A stretch of 39,939 bases of DNA from Candidatus Aerophobota bacterium (GCA_030616535.1 JAUWXE010000002.1:1-39939), one strand, 5' to 3'; counted from the stretch's first letter, positions 17,980 through 26,068 are shown. The notes: generated by a model from the sequence alone, not told the origin. Numbers and translations are program-made.

Positions 17980-18107
17980 CGGTATTACATAAGATCAGCT
18001 TGAAATTATTTTCGTTGGTCACATCCTTAATTGCACCAGCCACTCCTTTCTCTCCTTTAGTTGCTGGTTTCCGGAACCTTTCAATTTTATTTTAACACAA
18101 TTTTTGG

Positions 18108-18425
18108 AAATGTCGAGTGATCGGACAAAACAAATTCTGAAATTCCTATCATTCGGTGCCCGGTGCTGCCCGGCGAGGTGTTTTCCATAAGGCAGCCGCC
18201 ATGAGTTCAATGAGTTTATTGGGTTTATTGGGTTTATTGGGTTTATTGGGTTTATTGGGTTTATTGAGTTTGCAAGAGAAAATAATCAGGTCCGCACTTT
18301 CTCTGCTCGGCCGGGATGTTTTCGATTCTAGACTTATATGTCGCCCATACGAGTTACCGTATAAAGATAGAAGTAGAACTTAGCGCCAACGTTGGAAAGA
18401 GACCGAGCAAAGGGCAGCCTTGACC
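18108..18425 (+). repeat. Copy 1 of the 220-260 bp interspersed repeat, with a degenerate left end and no recognisable right end
   Basis: 18165-18420 aligns base-for-base with 25586-25806, apart from a few substitutions and the tandem-array length. Confidence 0.85.
18212..18271 (+). repeat. 9-bp tandem array: GAGTTTATT, then five GGGTTTATT, then GAGTTT
   Basis: Read directly from the sequence. The paralogous copy at 25632-25655 has a single GGGTTTATT unit. Confidence 0.9.
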
Positions 18426-18450
18426 TTCTTTGAGAAACTGGAGATTGAAT

Positions 18451-18479
18451 TTGACATTTTTTTCGCTTTATGATAAATT
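18451..18479 (+). promoter_or_regulatory. Putative sigma-70 promoter for secDF: TTGACA-N17-(TGa)TAAATT
   Basis: TTGACA at 18451-18456, TG at 18471-18472 and TAAATT at 18474-18479. About 80 nt upstream of the secD ATG. Confidence 0.45.
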
Positions 18480-18556
18480 TGGGAAAGTTGCTATAGTCCT
18501 GATAAAGAGAGATTTATTCAAAATTAAGAGATAACTTCTCTGCTAAGAGGCAAAAG

Positions 18557-19849
18557 ATGTATCGTTACAGTAAGTGGTTGATGCTGTTCATATTGGGATT
18601 GATAGCCTTAGCCATATGGGCCGTCTATCCTCCAGGTGAGAAGATACATCTCGGACTTGATTTAAAAGGAGGCATGCATCTGGTATTGGAAGCAGACGCC
18701 TCCAAACTTCCCCCCGGTGAAAATGTTAAAGATGCTGTAGCCATCGGTTTAGAGATTATAAGAAATAGAATAGACCAGTTTGGCGTGAGAGAGCCTACTA
18801 TTACTCGTCAGGGAGATACCAGGATTGTAGTAGACCTACCAGGGATAAAAAATCCTCAAAGTGCTATGGATCTCATCGGAAAGACTGCCCTTTTGGAGTT
18901 CAAGTTGGTAGATGAGGCCGGAAGTATAAGCAAAGCTCTCAAGGGAGAAATACCTCCTGATGATGAGATTCTCTATAATTCTCAAGGGACTGCCTATCTA
19001 ATAAAGAAAGAGACTCTTTTATCAGGCAGGGCCCTAAAGGACGCTCGGGTAGAAATGGGACAATGGGGTCAGCCCTATGTAGCCCTCGATTTCAGTGCTG
19101 AAGGAGCCGATGAGTTTGCTGAAATCACGGGAAGACACGTTGGGGAAAGACTTGCCATAATACTGGATAACGTCATTAAATCGGCACCGGTGATAAAAAC
19201 CCGGATTACGGGAGGAAAGGCAGTCATTGAAGGAAACTTTACCATAGATGAGGCTAATGAGCTCAGAATAGTTCTCAAAAGCGGTGCTCTACCCATACCC
19301 TTTACACCTATTCAAAATACTTGGATCGGTCCTTCACTAGGACAAGATTCTATTCGAAAGGGGTTATTATCAGGAATTATCGGTATGATCTGCGTTCTCG
19401 TCTTTATGGGGATATATTATAAAAAGGCCGGTTTAATCGCTAACTCAGCACTCCTGCTGAATCTACTTTTTTTATTGGGAGCCTTGGCAGCTTTAAAAGC
19501 CACTTTGACTCTCCCCGGGATTGCCGGGATTATCCTCACTATCGGGATGGGTATCGACGCCAACGTGATTATTTTCGAAAGAATAAGAGAGGAATTGAGG
19601 GGGGAAAGGGCCCCTCGCTCAGCTGTTGATGCTGGTTATGATAGAGCCCTTCGTACCATTCTGGATGCTAACATAACTACTCTAATTGTTGCCCTGGTTC
19701 TTTTTCAATTTGGTACCGGTCCCCTCAAGGGATTCGCTACCACCCTATCTATAGGGATATTAATAAGTTTATTTACAGCTATTGTGGTAACTCGGGTTAT
19801 CTTCAATCTCTTATTAGCCGGACGACCGGTGAGCAAGCTTAGTATCTAG
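18557..19849 (+). CDS. secD: Protein translocase subunit SecD
   Basis: LGLDLKGG, periplasmic P1 domain, GPSLGQDSI, then a 6-TM RND-like C-terminus. Confidence 0.92.
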   Translation: MYRYSKWLMLFILGLIALAIWAVYPPGEKIHLGLDLKGGMHLVLEADASKLPPGENVKDAVAIGLEIIRNRIDQFGVREPTITRQGDTRIVVDLPGIKNPQSAMDLIGKTALLEFKLVDEAGSISKALKGEIPPDDEILYNSQGTAYLIKKETLLSGRALKDARVEMGQWGQPYVALDFSAEGADEFAEITGRHVGERLAIILDNVIKSAPVIKTRITGGKAVIEGNFTIDEANELRIVLKSGALPIPFTPIQNTWIGPSLGQDSIRKGLLSGIIGMICVLVFMGIYYKKAGLIANSALLLNLLFLLGALAALKATLTLPGIAGIILTIGMGIDANVIIFERIREELRGERAPRSAVDAGYDRALRTILDANITTLIVALVLFQFGTGPLKGFATTLSIGILISLFTAIVVTRVIFNLLLAGRPVSKLSI

Positions 19850-19858
19850 GAAGAAAGA

Positions 19859-21184
19859 ATGCGTTTTTTTGGCGAAACCCACATAGACTTCGTTGAATTG
19901 AGGAAAATAGCCATTTTTATCTCCGGAGCTGCCATAGCTGCCGGCCTTACTTCTCTCATCTTAAAAGGAGGACCAAACCTTGGTTTAGATTTTACCGGGG
20001 GACTAGAGGTTCATCTCAAATTCACAGAGTCCCCTTCTATTAGCCGAATAAGATCGGGTTTGACCAAGATAGGCTTAGGTAGAGCAGTTATACAGCAGTA
20101 CGGGGAAAAGAAGGATAACTTAGTTCTTATAAGGACCGGCGTGGAGCAGGTTTCTCAGAATATTGTCTCCCAGATAATTACTTATCGAGAAAAACACGGT
20201 AAATTTACCTATCTTGAGGAGTTAAAAAATCTTCCCGGTATAGAAGCGGTAGGATATGAAAATCTTGCCGATCTTCTGACCGTTGAGCCTTCTTCCCAGA
20301 CCGAAAAAGTCAATATCAACCAGATAGAGAGAGCCCCCCTTATTTCTCTTATACAGGGGATTATTCACAAAAAAACCATTGCCAAAATTGAGCAAGCCCT
20401 AAGAGAGGAATTCAAAGGAAGAAAGGATACCTTTGAGGTTCGAAGCGTCAACTTGATTGGTCCCAAGGTTAGTGAAGAACTTCGGCGCAAAGCCGTACTG
20501 GCTATAATTTTTTCTCTGGCTGGTATGCTCATCTATATTGGTTGGAGGTTTGACTTTAAGTTTGCCGTGGGAGCGGTAGTCGCCTTAATTCACGATGTCT
20601 TTATCAGCATTGGGGCTCTCTCTTTGGGTAATTTCGAGTTCAATCTTCCGGTGATCGCTGCTCTTCTCACCATAATTGGGTACTCCCTAAATGATACTAT
20701 CGTCATTTACGCTCGGATCAAGGAAAATCTCAAGACCTACCGAAAGGGAAGGTGGACCTCTTTCAAAAGAATCCTTAACCTAAGTGTTAATCAGTCCCTT
20801 TCTAGAACTATTGTTACCTCCTTAACTACTTTCATAGTCGTCCTGGTTCTATTTCTGTGGGGAGGAGCCGTGATTCACGGGTTTACTTTTGCCCTCCTGG
20901 TAGGAATAATAGTGGGGACCTATTCCTCAGGTTTTGTAGCTACCCCCATTGTGTACGACTGGGAAAGAGGCACTTTAGGGAAGGTCCAAGTAAAACGGGA
21001 GAAAATTGAGCTAAGGACCACCAAGGCTGAGAAAATCCCGACAGGAAAAGCTGAGGTAGGCCGAACCGATAAAGAGAAGATAAAAATAGGAGAAAAAGAA
21101 CCAGTTAAAACGGTTGAAACAAAAACCAAAAAATATAAGACAAAAAGAGGTAAGCGAAGAAAACATAAGAAAAAGCGCAGATGA
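19859..21184 (+). CDS. secF: Protein translocase subunit SecF, with an enlarged periplasmic loop and a polybasic C-terminal tail
   Basis: LGLDFTGG ... IGPKVSEEL ... YSLNDTIVIYARI core. 441 aa, longer than the usual roughly 300 aa. Confidence 0.9.
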   Translation: MRFFGETHIDFVELRKIAIFISGAAIAAGLTSLILKGGPNLGLDFTGGLEVHLKFTESPSISRIRSGLTKIGLGRAVIQQYGEKKDNLVLIRTGVEQVSQNIVSQIITYREKHGKFTYLEELKNLPGIEAVGYENLADLLTVEPSSQTEKVNINQIERAPLISLIQGIIHKKTIAKIEQALREEFKGRKDTFEVRSVNLIGPKVSEELRRKAVLAIIFSLAGMLIYIGWRFDFKFAVGAVVALIHDVFISIGALSLGNFEFNLPVIAALLTIIGYSLNDTIVIYARIKENLKTYRKGRWTSFKRILNLSVNQSLSRTIVTSLTTFIVVLVLFLWGGAVIHGFTFALLVGIIVGTYSSGFVATPIVYDWERGTLGKVQVKREKIELRTTKAEKIPTGKAEVGRTDKEKIKIGEKEPVKTVETKTKKYKTKRGKRRKHKKKRR

Positions 21185-22290
21185 GAGTATTAATGGCTGC
21201 AGGAGGCACCGGGGGACATATTTATCCGGGATTAGCCATAGCTTCCTACCTTAAGGAATACCGCCTCGCCGAGGAAATTCTCATGGTGGGGGGAGGAAGG
21301 AAACTTGAGTCTCATCTTGTTTCATCGCAGGGATTTAATTTACGCCAAATAGGTATCCAGAGTTATCCCAGATATTTTTCGAGTAAGTGGATAGTCTTTG
21401 GGTGGGGTTTGTGCATATCCTTTCTTCAATCCTTTTTTATTCTCCGGACATTTAAACCCCAAGTAGTTATAGGGATGGGAAGTTTCCATTCATGTCCACT
21501 GATTATACTCGCTTTATTTTTCGGCATTCCGAATCTGATCTGTGAACAAAATGTGCGACTTTCTCTGAGTAACAGGCTTCTTGCACCATGGGCATCGAGA
21601 ATAGCTCTCAGTTTCTCGGAGACACAGAAGTATCTTTCCCCGAGACTACTACGAAAAACCTGCCTTACCGGTAATCCTATCCGTAGCGAAATCATGAAAG
21701 TAAAAAAAGAAGAAGCAATAGAAAAGTTAGGTCTGGATAAAGATAAACTTACCCTTCTTTTTTTAGGGGGTAGTCAAGGAGCTCATAGCTTGAATAGATT
21801 TGGAATAGAGGCAGCGAAGCTTTTACTACAAGGAAAATTAGGCAAAGAAATTCAGATAATTTTCATCACCGGGAAAAACGATGTAGAATGGGTCAGAACA
21901 TCTTTTAAATCCCTGGCCATAAAATCACTGATCCTTTCCTACTTGCCTCAAATGGAATACGCTTACGCTGCTTCAGATTTAGTTGTCTGTAGAAGCGGAG
22001 CAACAACCCTGGCCGAAGTCACTTCTCGAGGACTGCCGGCTGTCTTAATTCCTTACCCACATGCTACCAGGGGACATCAATGGAAAAATGCAGAGGTTTT
22101 GCAAACCATGAGAGCAGCTCACCTCATTTTAGAGGAGGATCTCACGGCGGAAAAATTAAAAACCACTATTTTGGGGTTAATCACCCATAAAAGCCTTCTT
22201 AAAGAAATGGCCGAAAAAAGTAAAGCCCTAGGCAAACCACAGGCTACCAGGGAAGTAATAAAACTAATACTCAGCTTGGTTAACCAATAA
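21181..22290 (+). CDS. murG: Undecaprenyldiphospho-muramoylpentapeptide beta-N-acetylglucosaminyltransferase
   Basis: GGTGGHIYPGLAIA and C-terminal GATTLAE motifs. ATGA overlap with secF. Confidence 0.9.
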   Translation: MRVLMAAGGTGGHIYPGLAIASYLKEYRLAEEILMVGGGRKLESHLVSSQGFNLRQIGIQSYPRYFSSKWIVFGWGLCISFLQSFFILRTFKPQVVIGMGSFHSCPLIILALFFGIPNLICEQNVRLSLSNRLLAPWASRIALSFSETQKYLSPRLLRKTCLTGNPIRSEIMKVKKEEAIEKLGLDKDKLTLLFLGGSQGAHSLNRFGIEAAKLLLQGKLGKEIQIIFITGKNDVEWVRTSFKSLAIKSLILSYLPQMEYAYAASDLVVCRSGATTLAEVTSRGLPAVLIPYPHATRGHQWKNAEVLQTMRAAHLILEEDLTAEKLKTTILGLITHKSLLKEMAEKSKALGKPQATREVIKLILSLVNQ

Positions 22291-22297
22291 AAATGAG

Positions 22298-23719
22298 GTG
22301 CAGAAAAAAATGTCCTTCAGTTTTCTTGAGCTCAACTCAATGTTAAAAGGAGTTCGATCTATTCACTTCATAGGGATTGGGGGAATAGGCATGAGTGGGC
22401 TGGCTCAAGTATTGTTGCAAATGGGCTATTTGATAAGCGGTTCGGACAAGAGAAAAAACAATCTAACCCAGGGGCTAGAGGCCAAGGGAGCCACCATTTA
22501 CCAAAACCATGATTCTTCTCATCTTAAGGGAGTCGACCTGGTGGTATTCTCCTCCATCATCCCTGCCCATAACTCCGAACTTCTGGAGGCGAAAAGAAAA
22601 AAAATCCCAGCTATCTCCAGAGGAAAACTTCTAGGATATCTCATTCGAGACAAAGAAAGCATTGTCGTCGCCGGAACTCATGGAAAAACCACCGCTACTT
22701 CCCTTATCTCCTCCATTCTTCATCGGGCAGGTAAAAATCCTACTATGTTCATTGGAGGAGAGCTGAATGAGATTGGTAGTAACAGTCAATTAGGAGGGGA
22801 TAGATACGTGGTAGTAGAAAGTGATGAGTCTGATGGTTCCTTTTTGTATCTCCTTCCCAAAATCTGCGTCCTTACCAGTTTGGAAGATGATCACCTGGAT
22901 TATTATGGCTCCAAAAATAAGCTCATTGAGGCATTTATTCAATTTACTCATAACCTTAAAGCTGGAGGTACTTTAATCGTGAACAAAGACGATCTTTGGC
23001 TAAAAAAAGCTTTAAGAAGAATCTCTTTACATTATTCTCAAAGACTGATCAGTTACGGGATAGATTCAGAAGCTGATGTGGTAGCTAATAAAGTTAGATT
23101 AGAAGAGTTTACCTCATCTTACGAGGTTAGATATAGAGGAAAAGAATTGGAGAGTATTATGGTCCCTCTACCAGGTCTGTACAATGTATATAACTCTTTA
23201 GCAGCTATCACGGTAAGTAGGAGTATGGGAATAGGATGGGATCAGATTAAAATAAGTCTTTCTTCCTTTCAAGGGATAAAGAGAAGATTTGAACAAATAG
23301 GACAAACGAGTTGTGGGGCCTTGGTAATTGATGACTACGCCCACCATCCCACCGAGATCGAGGAAGTTTTAAAGGCTGCCAAGAGAATAAAACCACGAAT
23401 GATTGTGGTCTTCCAGCCTCATCGTTACAGTCGAACGAAACTGCTTCTCTCTAAATTCGCTGGCTGTTTTAATGATGCGGATATTCTCCTCTTAACCAAA
23501 ATTTATCCTGCCGGGGAAAGTCCTATATCAGAGGTGAGCGGGAGATTATTATTCGATGAGGTTAAAGAACATCGCTCAAAGCCCACTTATTATTTTTCAG
23601 CCTCAGAACAAATCCTGGATTTTTTAAGAAAAGAATCCAGAAAGAATGATTTAATACTGACCATCGGAGCAGGCAACGTGTGGGAGGTAGGAAGGCGGTT
23701 TTTAGCAGAGTCTAACTAA
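22298..23719 (+). CDS. murC: UDP-N-acetylmuramate--L-alanine ligase
   Basis: IHFIGIGGIGMSGLA, GTHGKTTATS and DDYAHHP. Confidence 0.92.
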   Translation: MQKKMSFSFLELNSMLKGVRSIHFIGIGGIGMSGLAQVLLQMGYLISGSDKRKNNLTQGLEAKGATIYQNHDSSHLKGVDLVVFSSIIPAHNSELLEAKRKKIPAISRGKLLGYLIRDKESIVVAGTHGKTTATSLISSILHRAGKNPTMFIGGELNEIGSNSQLGGDRYVVVESDESDGSFLYLLPKICVLTSLEDDHLDYYGSKNKLIEAFIQFTHNLKAGGTLIVNKDDLWLKKALRRISLHYSQRLISYGIDSEADVVANKVRLEEFTSSYEVRYRGKELESIMVPLPGLYNVYNSLAAITVSRSMGIGWDQIKISLSSFQGIKRRFEQIGQTSCGALVIDDYAHHPTEIEEVLKAAKRIKPRMIVVFQPHRYSRTKLLLSKFAGCFNDADILLLTKIYPAGESPISEVSGRLLFDEVKEHRSKPTYYFSASEQILDFLRKESRKNDLILTIGAGNVWEVGRRFLAESN

Positions 23720-24990
23720 TCTAGATTGGGAGGACTAACAGTTAGAATTTGCTTGGCTTGTTCAGGATAGCGGGCAATGAAACAAAGTTCATCCTCGGTA
23801 AGGGGCTTTTGAGTGTGTACGTTAGCGTAGCGGGCTAACTCTAAGATTTTATAAGCCTCTTTCTCATCCTTAAATTTAATCTCCAGCTTCTCATAGACAT
23901 TCCTAAATCCTTTAATGCCCCCATATTCTCCCGTGGTTATCTTTCTTCCTGTTTCTATTATCTCGGGTTCTCCCCTTCCCAATTCTTCGAAATCATAAAG
24001 TTCATAGTTACGTCTATCCTTTAAAGCTCCATCAGCGTGAATTCCCGATTCATGAGCAAAGGCATTTCCTCCCACTCCTACCTGGTTCACCGGGATGGGA
24101 ACACCAAAGGCATAAGAAGCGTATTTAGCGATTTTCCAGGCCTTAGAAAGATCTACTCTTTCATCCAGAAGATTCGGGTCTTTTAGACCACTGGACTTCC
24201 TTAAAGCCAATATTACCGATATCAAATCTGCATTGCCTGCTCTTTCCCCCATTCCATTAATAGAGGTATTGATATAAGCATCTACTCCGGCATCTATAGC
24301 TCCTTTGGCTCCAGCCACTGAACAAGCCACCGCCAGTCCCAGATCATTGTGGCAGTGTATTTCGATGGGTAGTCGGATTTCTTCCGCTAGATTTTTTACT
24401 CGAGCATAGATGGTAAGAGGATCATCGTAGCCCAGGGTGTCACAATATCTTATCCTGTCAGCACCATGTTCCTTAGCTACCTGGCTGAATTTTAACAAAA
24501 AATCCTCATCTGTGCGAGAGGCATCCTCAGCATTCACTCCTACTACCTTTACTCCCCCCTTCCTGGCCTCCTCAAGAGTCTCTGTCATCATTCCTATTAT
24601 ACTGGGTTTACGGGGATTCTCCTCAGAGTCCCTAACCACTCTACCTTCAAATTTTCCGTTAACCATCTGTCGGGAAGTAGATATAGATATGTTAAGATAC
24701 TCAACCCCTATAGCCAGAGCTCTCTTGACATCGTCTTTGACTGCTCTACACCAGCCACTCAAGATTATCGGATGAAGTACTTCCATTTTGGAGAGTTCAA
24801 GATTAGCCTTAAGGTAACTTATTTCATGATTGGTAAAGGGAAAACCAAATTCTGACTGATAAATCCCCATATCATTCAGATAAAAGTTAATGAGAGTCTT
24901 TTCCAATTTGGCTAATCCCAATCTGGACGTTTGAACTCCATCTCGGTTAGTAACATCAATTATATAAATTTTATTTTGCTTGTTATCCAT
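23716..24990 (-). CDS. HMGL-like enzyme of the 2-isopropylmalate / homocitrate / citramalate (Re-citrate) synthase family
   Basis: IIDVTNRDGVQT, HCHNDLGLAVA and HESGIH motifs. 424 aa, with no LeuA regulatory domain. Confidence 0.75.
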   Translation of the reverse strand: MDNKQNKIYIIDVTNRDGVQTSRLGLAKLEKTLINFYLNDMGIYQSEFGFPFTNHEISYLKANLELSKMEVLHPIILSGWCRAVKDDVKRALAIGVEYLNISISTSRQMVNGKFEGRVVRDSEENPRKPSIIGMMTETLEEARKGGVKVVGVNAEDASRTDEDFLLKFSQVAKEHGADRIRYCDTLGYDDPLTIYARVKNLAEEIRLPIEIHCHNDLGLAVACSVAGAKGAIDAGVDAYINTSINGMGERAGNADLISVILALRKSSGLKDPNLLDERVDLSKAWKIAKYASYAFGVPIPVNQVGVGGNAFAHESGIHADGALKDRRNYELYDFEELGRGEPEIIETGRKITTGEYGGIKGFRNVYEKLEIKFKDEKEAYKILELARYANVHTQKPLTEDELCFIARYPEQAKQILTVSPPNLD

Positions 24991-25036
24991 TTTGTTTTCT
25001 CGTTTTTACATCAACACTAATCTACCCGAATTAGCA

Positions 25037-25486
25037 CTAGGTGGATTTTTTCACCTCCACCTCCAGGTCAATCTCCACCTCAGGATGTAATTTAAGAGAA
25101 ACCTTCCGAATTCCAATGACTCGAATAGGCTCATCTAAATTAACCTTTCTGTGATCTATCTCTAGATTAAATCTCTTTTCAATCTCCTGAACAATATCCT
25201 GCGAGGTAACCACCCCGAATAACTTCCCTTCCTCCCCTATCTCCCTTTCCAGTATTAGTCTTGCCCCTCGTAGTTTTTCTGCTATTCTAAGCGCCTTGAA
25301 CTTTCCCCTCTCTTTCTTCTGTTGGATGAGCCTTTTTTTCTCCTTCCATTGCTTAACATTGCCGGGAGTTGCTCTCAAAGCCAAACTCTTGGGAATAAGG
25401 AAATTACGCGCATAGCCATCAGTTACCTCCACTATCTCATCCTTCTGCCCTAGATTGTCCATGTTTTCCATCAATATAATCTTCAT
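25037..25486 (-). CDS. rplI: 50S ribosomal protein L9
   Basis: MKIIL.E....G..G.IV.V..GYARNFLIP...A N-terminus, 149 aa. Confidence 0.92.
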   Translation of the reverse strand: MKIILMENMDNLGQKDEIVEVTDGYARNFLIPKSLALRATPGNVKQWKEKKRLIQQKKERGKFKALRIAEKLRGARLILEREIGEEGKLFGVVTSQDIVQEIEKRFNLEIDHRKVNLDEPIRVIGIRKVSLKLHPEVEIDLEVEVKKST

Positions 25487-25538
25487 ACCCTACCCTCTCG
25501 CAAAGCCTACACTCAATTACTCAGGAAAATATTAATAT

Positions 25539-25845
25539 TTAGAAGATTTATACGCGTATCAAGGGATCGGTCTGCAGATACTTTTGCTGCCCGGCGAGGT
25601 GTTTTCCATAAGGCAGCCGCAATGAGTTCATTGAGTTTATTGGGTTTATTGAGTTTACAAGAGAAAATAATCAGGTCCGTACTTTCTCTGCTCGGCCGGG
25701 ATGTTTTCGATTCTAGACTTATATGTCGCCCATACGAGTTACCGTATAAAGGCATCCGTAGAACTTAGCGGTAACGTTGGAAAGACACTGAGCACAGGGC
25801 AACCTGACGAAGACAGCGACAGAGAGAAAGAGTCCCGAGACATTT
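25539..25845 (+). mobile_element. Copy 2 of the interspersed repeat, complete with both family termini. It fills the rpsR-rplI intergenic gap.
   Basis: Left end TTAGAAGATTTATACGCGTATCAAGGGA (compare 15264-15291). Core 25586-25806 matches 18165-18420. Right end ACAGCGACAGAGAGAAAGAGTCCCGAGACA (compare 15396-15425). Confidence 0.8.
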
Positions 25846-25846
25846 C

Positions 25847-26068
25847 TTATTTATAAGGTAAAAGTGCCATCTCTCTAGCTCTTTTAATTGCTTTGGATAA
25901 CTTTCGTTGATGCTTAGCACAGACACCGCTGCGTCTTCTGCTTTTTATTCGAGCTCGACTATCGATATAATATCCGAGAGCTTTTATATCCAAATGGTCT
26001 AGAGAATCACCTCCTGATCGGCAAAAACTACAAACCTTTCTTCTTTTGAGTAGAGGTCTAGCTCTCAA
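25847..26068 (-). CDS. rpsR: 30S ribosomal protein S18
   Basis: KVCSFC...[26 protein letters not shown] start. Confidence 0.9.
   Translation of the reverse strand: MRARPLLKRRKVCSFCRSGGDSLDHLDIKALGYYIDSRARIKSRRRSGVCAKHQRKLSKAIKRAREMALLPYK

Noticed and set aside
18019-18210. Minus-strand ORFs over the interspersed repeat (18019-18210, and 25513-25755 with its NKPNK repeats)
   Set aside because: The two copies are read in different frames on this strand. The start codon of the 25.5-kb ORF arises from the copy-specific variable patch, and copy 1 has no start in the equivalent frame. These ORFs are not conserved as coding sequence.
18212-18271. CRISPR array
   Set aside because: The 9-bp units are directly adjacent with no spacers, and no cas genes are present. 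This is a microsatellite-type tandem repeat.
18160-18330. Possible SRP (4.5S) RNA, because the repeat contains AAGGCAGCC and GCCGGGATGT strings that also occur in E. coli 4.5S RNA
   Set aside because: The universally conserved domain IV (GNRA tetraloop flanked by AGGUC.GG and GGAAGCAGC) is absent. The element is present in at least two copies and contains a variable tandem array. I treat the short string matches as coincidence.
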